Assembly: GCA_049969675.1 (NCBI GenBank)
Contig: JBMFOP010000063.1
Span: forward strand, 1-18,461
Source of the DNA: Myxococcota bacterium
GTDB lineage: Bacteria; Myxococcota; SpSt-1050
Direction of reading: 5' to 3'
DNA length: 18,461 nucleotides
Both the position numbers and the translations under genes were made by a program. Of the stretch, positions 14,796 to 18,461 are shown one piece after another (position 1 is the stretch's first letter; each line of letters opens with the position of its first letter). The notes under the pieces are model-generated. The model saw only the letters and a list, made by a program, of their open reading frames with translations, had not been told where the DNA came from and made no database searches.

Positions 14796-17700
14796 TTACT
14801 GAAATCTCAAGAGCGAACCAAATCCATTAGCGGTAATAATAACTCTAAAACTGGCACCATCTGTAGATGAGGCGATCCCCACTGGCTGTGCGCCATTGCC
14901 AATGGAGAATCTTCTAACCGTATTGTTGATATTGTTGATATCCATAATATAAAATTCGCCCGTACCATTCATAACCGCCATTACAGCCTCACCAAAAGAT
15001 GGATTTGAAGGCGTGGAGATATTTATACCAAGAGGAACAGTGCCATTTGTAAAGCCTCTCTGGTTATTTGTAGATAGGTTATTATAATCAAGTTCGTAAA
15101 TCCTGTTGTTGCCAGGACTGGTTACAAAGACCCTCTGATCTCCACTATCAACTGCCACATCATATAACTCACCTCCAAGATTACTACTCCTCTGACATCC
15201 CCAATCTGGACTATTGCCGCCAATTGCACCGGTGAGGTCTATATTTATAACTCTCTGAGTGGTACCACAGGGGACAAAGCCAATACGACCATTTCTTGAA
15301 ATTACTGGATGTCTCGGGCTATTGCATGTTACAGAATTCCCCAAACAATCAATCACATTGTTAAGATTTACCAGGGCAAAGACTGGATTTGTTGGACTGC
15401 TTATATCAACTCTATAGATGTTGTTTGAATTACTACAGGTCATAATAAGATAATTATTGGATGGGTTGGAGGCAAGCCCAAATGGACCTGAACAACCAGA
15501 TGGAACATTTACAGATGTTGTATTAAGATTGGATGCGTCTATGGTATAAAATCTATTGGTTGAATATGCTACAGCAAATATCCACTGCTTCCCACTAACA
15601 GCTCTGGATGCAATCCCGATGGGTCTATCTGAGACTGTTGTCTTTGCAAGAATCTGCCCATTGTTTGGGTCAACTTTGTAGACAAAATTATTTGCAGAAT
15701 CGCTCACAAATACATATTTGTTATCCTCTGTGAATGTAACCTCTGTAAGGTCTGAACCCGCAGGGAACTGAACATCCGGATATCGGGAGAATTCGGCATT
15801 AAATATGAAACTGAAATTGGTGCTCGCTGCCCCACCTCCACAGTCAGTCTCAGTGGGATTTGCTGTGAAATCTACTCCAGTTATGCTCTTTACCCCGGTT
15901 TTAACTGTAACTCTATATTGATGACCACCAAATAGACAGGAGGTACCATCACCAATTCTTATAAGGTCATATGTGCCTGTAATCGGGCAATTAAGAATTG
16001 TGTTATAGGTCTGGTCTGAGAGATTGACCGTTGTGGCATTAACAGTTGCTGAATCTAATCTCTGAGTCAAATCTATTGTAATATTTGTGCTGGATGGTGC
16101 AGATGAATATGAGTATGGATATGTAGAGAACTGAGTAAATGAGAGGTCTGTCAGGATGGAATAATTATTTCCAGATGGATAGAATGCCCAAACCCTTCCA
16201 CCAGGAGCATATCCCTCAGTTGGGGTATTCCTTGAGGCCTCAACACCGAGAATACCAGATGGACCCTGTAATCCGACTGTTGCATTACTCCCATCTGCGA
16301 GTGTAAATTCATTACCATCATAGGTATTGAGATATTGAAATGCCACATTATTTGATGATTCATAAAGCGTTGTCTCAAAGGTAAATTTGCCGATCCCGAT
16401 GACTGGCTCCATATTTATCCATCTTATTGTAAGTGCCCTGTTTGGCGCGCTCCCTGTTACAAAGTAATATATCCCACCACCAAGACCCACTCTCATATCC
16501 ATAAAGAAGGGCATAATAGAACAGGGTGGATTATTGGGATCCGGTACAGGATACGGCGTATTATAGGACTGACTTACACAGAAAGAGGCATATCCATTTG
16601 GAGATATGTACAGATTTGAACCAGAGTTATAACCTATACCAAAAAATTTGAAATTGAATGGCAGTGTGATTGGTATAACTATCTCATCATCACCGGGATA
16701 AAATCCGATGCTACTAAGAGGTGCTGAATCGTTCCAGCAGTACTTTGATGCCCCGCTCTGTGGCTCCAGATATGTAAAGCCACCTATAAGCACTGCTGAA
16801 TTGCCGCCAGAATAGACAATTACATCTTTTGGTCCATAAGAACTATTTTGAGGTGTATAGAATGTAACCGTAGTTGGGTCGTAATAATTGAGACCCACTA
16901 CATTCATACCGCCAATAGTTATCTGCATCCAGGGAGAGAATCCTTTCCCTTTCATTGTCACGAGAGTGCCACCACCCAGCGGACCGGAATTTGGAGTGAG
17001 TGAGGTTATTTCAAGGTCTGCAGATTCAATCCGAACAATCTGAGACATTGTATTGCTGGCAGTAGAACCATCCTTGAATGTAGAAGTAACCGTGAGAGAT
17101 ACATTATAAGAGCCTTCTGATGAATATTGATGGAATACAACTGCCCCGCTACCTGCGGATGTATCCCCAAAAGCCCAATTGTATGAGGTAATTATCCCAT
17201 CTCCACCATCAGAGTACGTTGCATCAAACTTAATGTCCTGATTCGGCGTAGCATTATAGGGGTCAGCGGAAAATCTTGCAGTGGGACCACGATATTTCTG
17301 TGCCATAGTATATATTGAGATATACCTTGAAATAGAGGATTGTGCACCTTTGTTATCGGTTACAGTGAGTCTCAACTCATATTGCCCATCAGATGTAAAG
17401 ATATAGCCAAGTAAATAATTTGTCCCAATCTGTGTGAATACCCCAGCCGGAAGCTTTCTTACCTCCCACTTGTAAGAAGATATATATCCATCCTCATCCT
17501 TTGAGGTAGAGCCATCAAACTCAAGACTCTGATTAATAAGCCCCTCAGAGGGACCATTAAATGCCGCCACCGGAGGTCTGTTTGGAATAATGTAGATGGG
17601 GACCTTTATTGTATCACTCCATACATTGTCGTTGTCCTTTACTCTTAATGAGATGCTCTGATTGCCAGACAGACTAAAGGAGTGGATTATCTTTGAATCT

Positions 17701-18461
17701 GTCTGAGAAATTGTACCGCTATCACTGAATGTAAACTCATAGGTCACTATATACCCATCACTATCATAAGAATTGCCTGCATCAATTACCACCGGCTCAT
17801 TGATTTCAGAATAATCTGGTACAGAGAGCAATGCCACTGGTTTTATATTCGGTGTGATTATCACCTGTTTATAATCTGATGAAGTTGCACCATCATTATC
17901 TCTTACAGTAAGTTTGACAGTGAAGGTATCAGAGGTGGTGAATTTGTAAAAGACCTCTGCCTTTGCTGCTGGCCCTATTGTGGCAACCAGAACATCAGAA
18001 GAATTATAAATATCAAATTGGTAACTCACAATGCCTCCATCCCTATCATAAGAGCCGCTTCCATCCAAAAGGACATAGGTATTGATTCTGGCAGTAGTGG
18101 GGTCTATTTTTAAGCTCGCAACAGGGGTTGAATTTCCTGCTATTGCCTTAACCACCACTATGTCCGGGTCACTATCCACTTTTCCATCATTCACAATCAA
18201 ACTTATTACATAATCACCAGACCTATCTGGCACAAAAGATGGAGAGACTGTATTGGCGTTTGAAAGCATTGCAGTACTTCCAGCAGGAACTGATACAAAT
18301 GCCCATCTATATGTCAAAACATCACCATTTGGGTCATAAGATTTTGAGCCATCCAGAACCACCACACCATATGGAGGTAGTATCATCCTGTCCTCCCCTG
18401 CATTCGCTATCGGCTTAGCATTACCACTCACAGCGGTTATCGTAACCACATCATACTCACT
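14796..18461 (-). CDS. 5'-truncated large surface protein/adhesin (>1220 aa): >=5 PKD-like Ig domains, IPT/TIG, nidogen-like domain, SbsA-type Ig, YVTN/YncE-like beta-propeller
   Basis: Frame open to the window edge (SEYDVVTIT); repeated N..P.A...LDGS.SYD.DG....Y.W...G.Y.V.L.V.D; ITSLTPNSGPLGGGTLVTMKGKGF...GGFTY; DD...PITLPFNFKFFG...YISPNG; propeller blades (YVFVSDSANNFVYKVD, RVFVTSPGNNRIYELD). Confidence 0.9.
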   Translation of the reverse strand, partial: SEYDVVTITAVSGNAKPIANAGEDRMILPPYGVVVLDGSKSYDPNGDVLTYRWAFVSVPAGSTAMLSNANTVSPSFVPDRSGDYVISLIVNDGKVDSDPDIVVVKAIAGNSTPVASLKIDPTTARINTYVLLDGSGSYDRDGGIVSYQFDIYNSSDVLVATIGPAAKAEVFYKFTTSDTFTVKLTVRDNDGATSSDYKQVIITPNIKPVALLSVPDYSEINEPVVIDAGNSYDSDGYIVTYEFTFSDSGTISQTDSKIIHSFSLSGNQSISLRVKDNDNVWSDTIKVPIYIIPNRPPVAAFNGPSEGLINQSLEFDGSTSKDEDGYISSYKWEVRKLPAGVFTQIGTNYLLGYIFTSDGQYELRLTVTDNKGAQSSISRYISIYTMAQKYRGPTARFSADPYNATPNQDIKFDATYSDGGDGIITSYNWAFGDTSAGSGAVVFHQYSSEGSYNVSLTVTSTFKDGSTASNTMSQIVRIESADLEITSLTPNSGPLGGGTLVTMKGKGFSPWMQITIGGMNVVGLNYYDPTTVTFYTPQNSSYGPKDVIVYSGGNSAVLIGGFTYLEPQSGASKYCWNDSAPLSSIGFYPGDDEIVIPITLPFNFKFFGIGYNSGSNLYISPNGYASFCVSQSYNTPYPVPDPNNPPCSIMPFFMDMRVGLGGGIYYFVTGSAPNRALTIRWINMEPVIGIGKFTFETTLYESSNNVAFQYLNTYDGNEFTLADGSNATVGLQGPSGILGVEASRNTPTEGYAPGGRVWAFYPSGNNYSILTDLSFTQFSTYPYSYSSAPSSTNITIDLTQRLDSATVNATTVNLSDQTYNTILNCPITGTYDLIRIGDGTSCLFGGHQYRVTVKTGVKSITGVDFTANPTETDCGGGAASTNFSFIFNAEFSRYPDVQFPAGSDLTEVTFTEDNKYVFVSDSANNFVYKVDPNNGQILAKTTVSDRPIGIASRAVSGKQWIFAVAYSTNRFYTIDASNLNTTSVNVPSGCSGPFGLASNPSNNYLIMTCSNSNNIYRVDISSPTNPVFALVNLNNVIDCLGNSVTCNSPRHPVISRNGRIGFVPCGTTQRVINIDLTGAIGGNSPDWGCQRSSNLGGELYDVAVDSGDQRVFVTSPGNNRIYELDYNNLSTNNQRGFTNGTVPLGINISTPSNPSFGEAVMAVMNGTGEFYIMDINNINNTVRRFSIGNGAQPVGIASSTDGASFRVIITANGFGSLLRFQ

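Noticed and set aside
18447..18449. GTG start of the large protein
   Set aside because: Frame is open to the window edge, mid-domain, with no signal peptide: the gene is truncated by the window.

Overview
AT-rich bacterial DNA (GC roughly 35-40% by eye, not computed) with all credible genes on the minus strand. In transcription order: (i) the 3' part of a very large secreted surface protein (>=5 PKD-like Ig domains, IPT/TIG, nidogen-like, SbsA-type Ig, C-terminal beta-propeller; start outside the window), followed 20 bp later by a probable outer-membrane beta-barrel; (ii) a 441-bp intergenic region; (iii) a TPR/NTF2-like lipoprotein, enolase and a solitary ribosomal protein L3 gene (rplC with no rpsJ or rplD beside it); (iv) a compact seven-gene Glt/Nfs-type envelope-spanning operon (one GltA/B-type barrel, gltC, gltD/agmU, gltE/aglT, gltF/cglF, gltG/pglI, gltH/cglE) of the family used for myxobacterial gliding and spore-coat assembly, with no Agl motor genes in view; (v) a 219-bp end region rich in potential RNA stems. 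Most notable: rplC displaced from the S10 operon, a reduced single-locus Glt system in a low-GC genome, and the giant surface protein/barrel pair. Family assignments come from motif recognition and gene order, not database searches.
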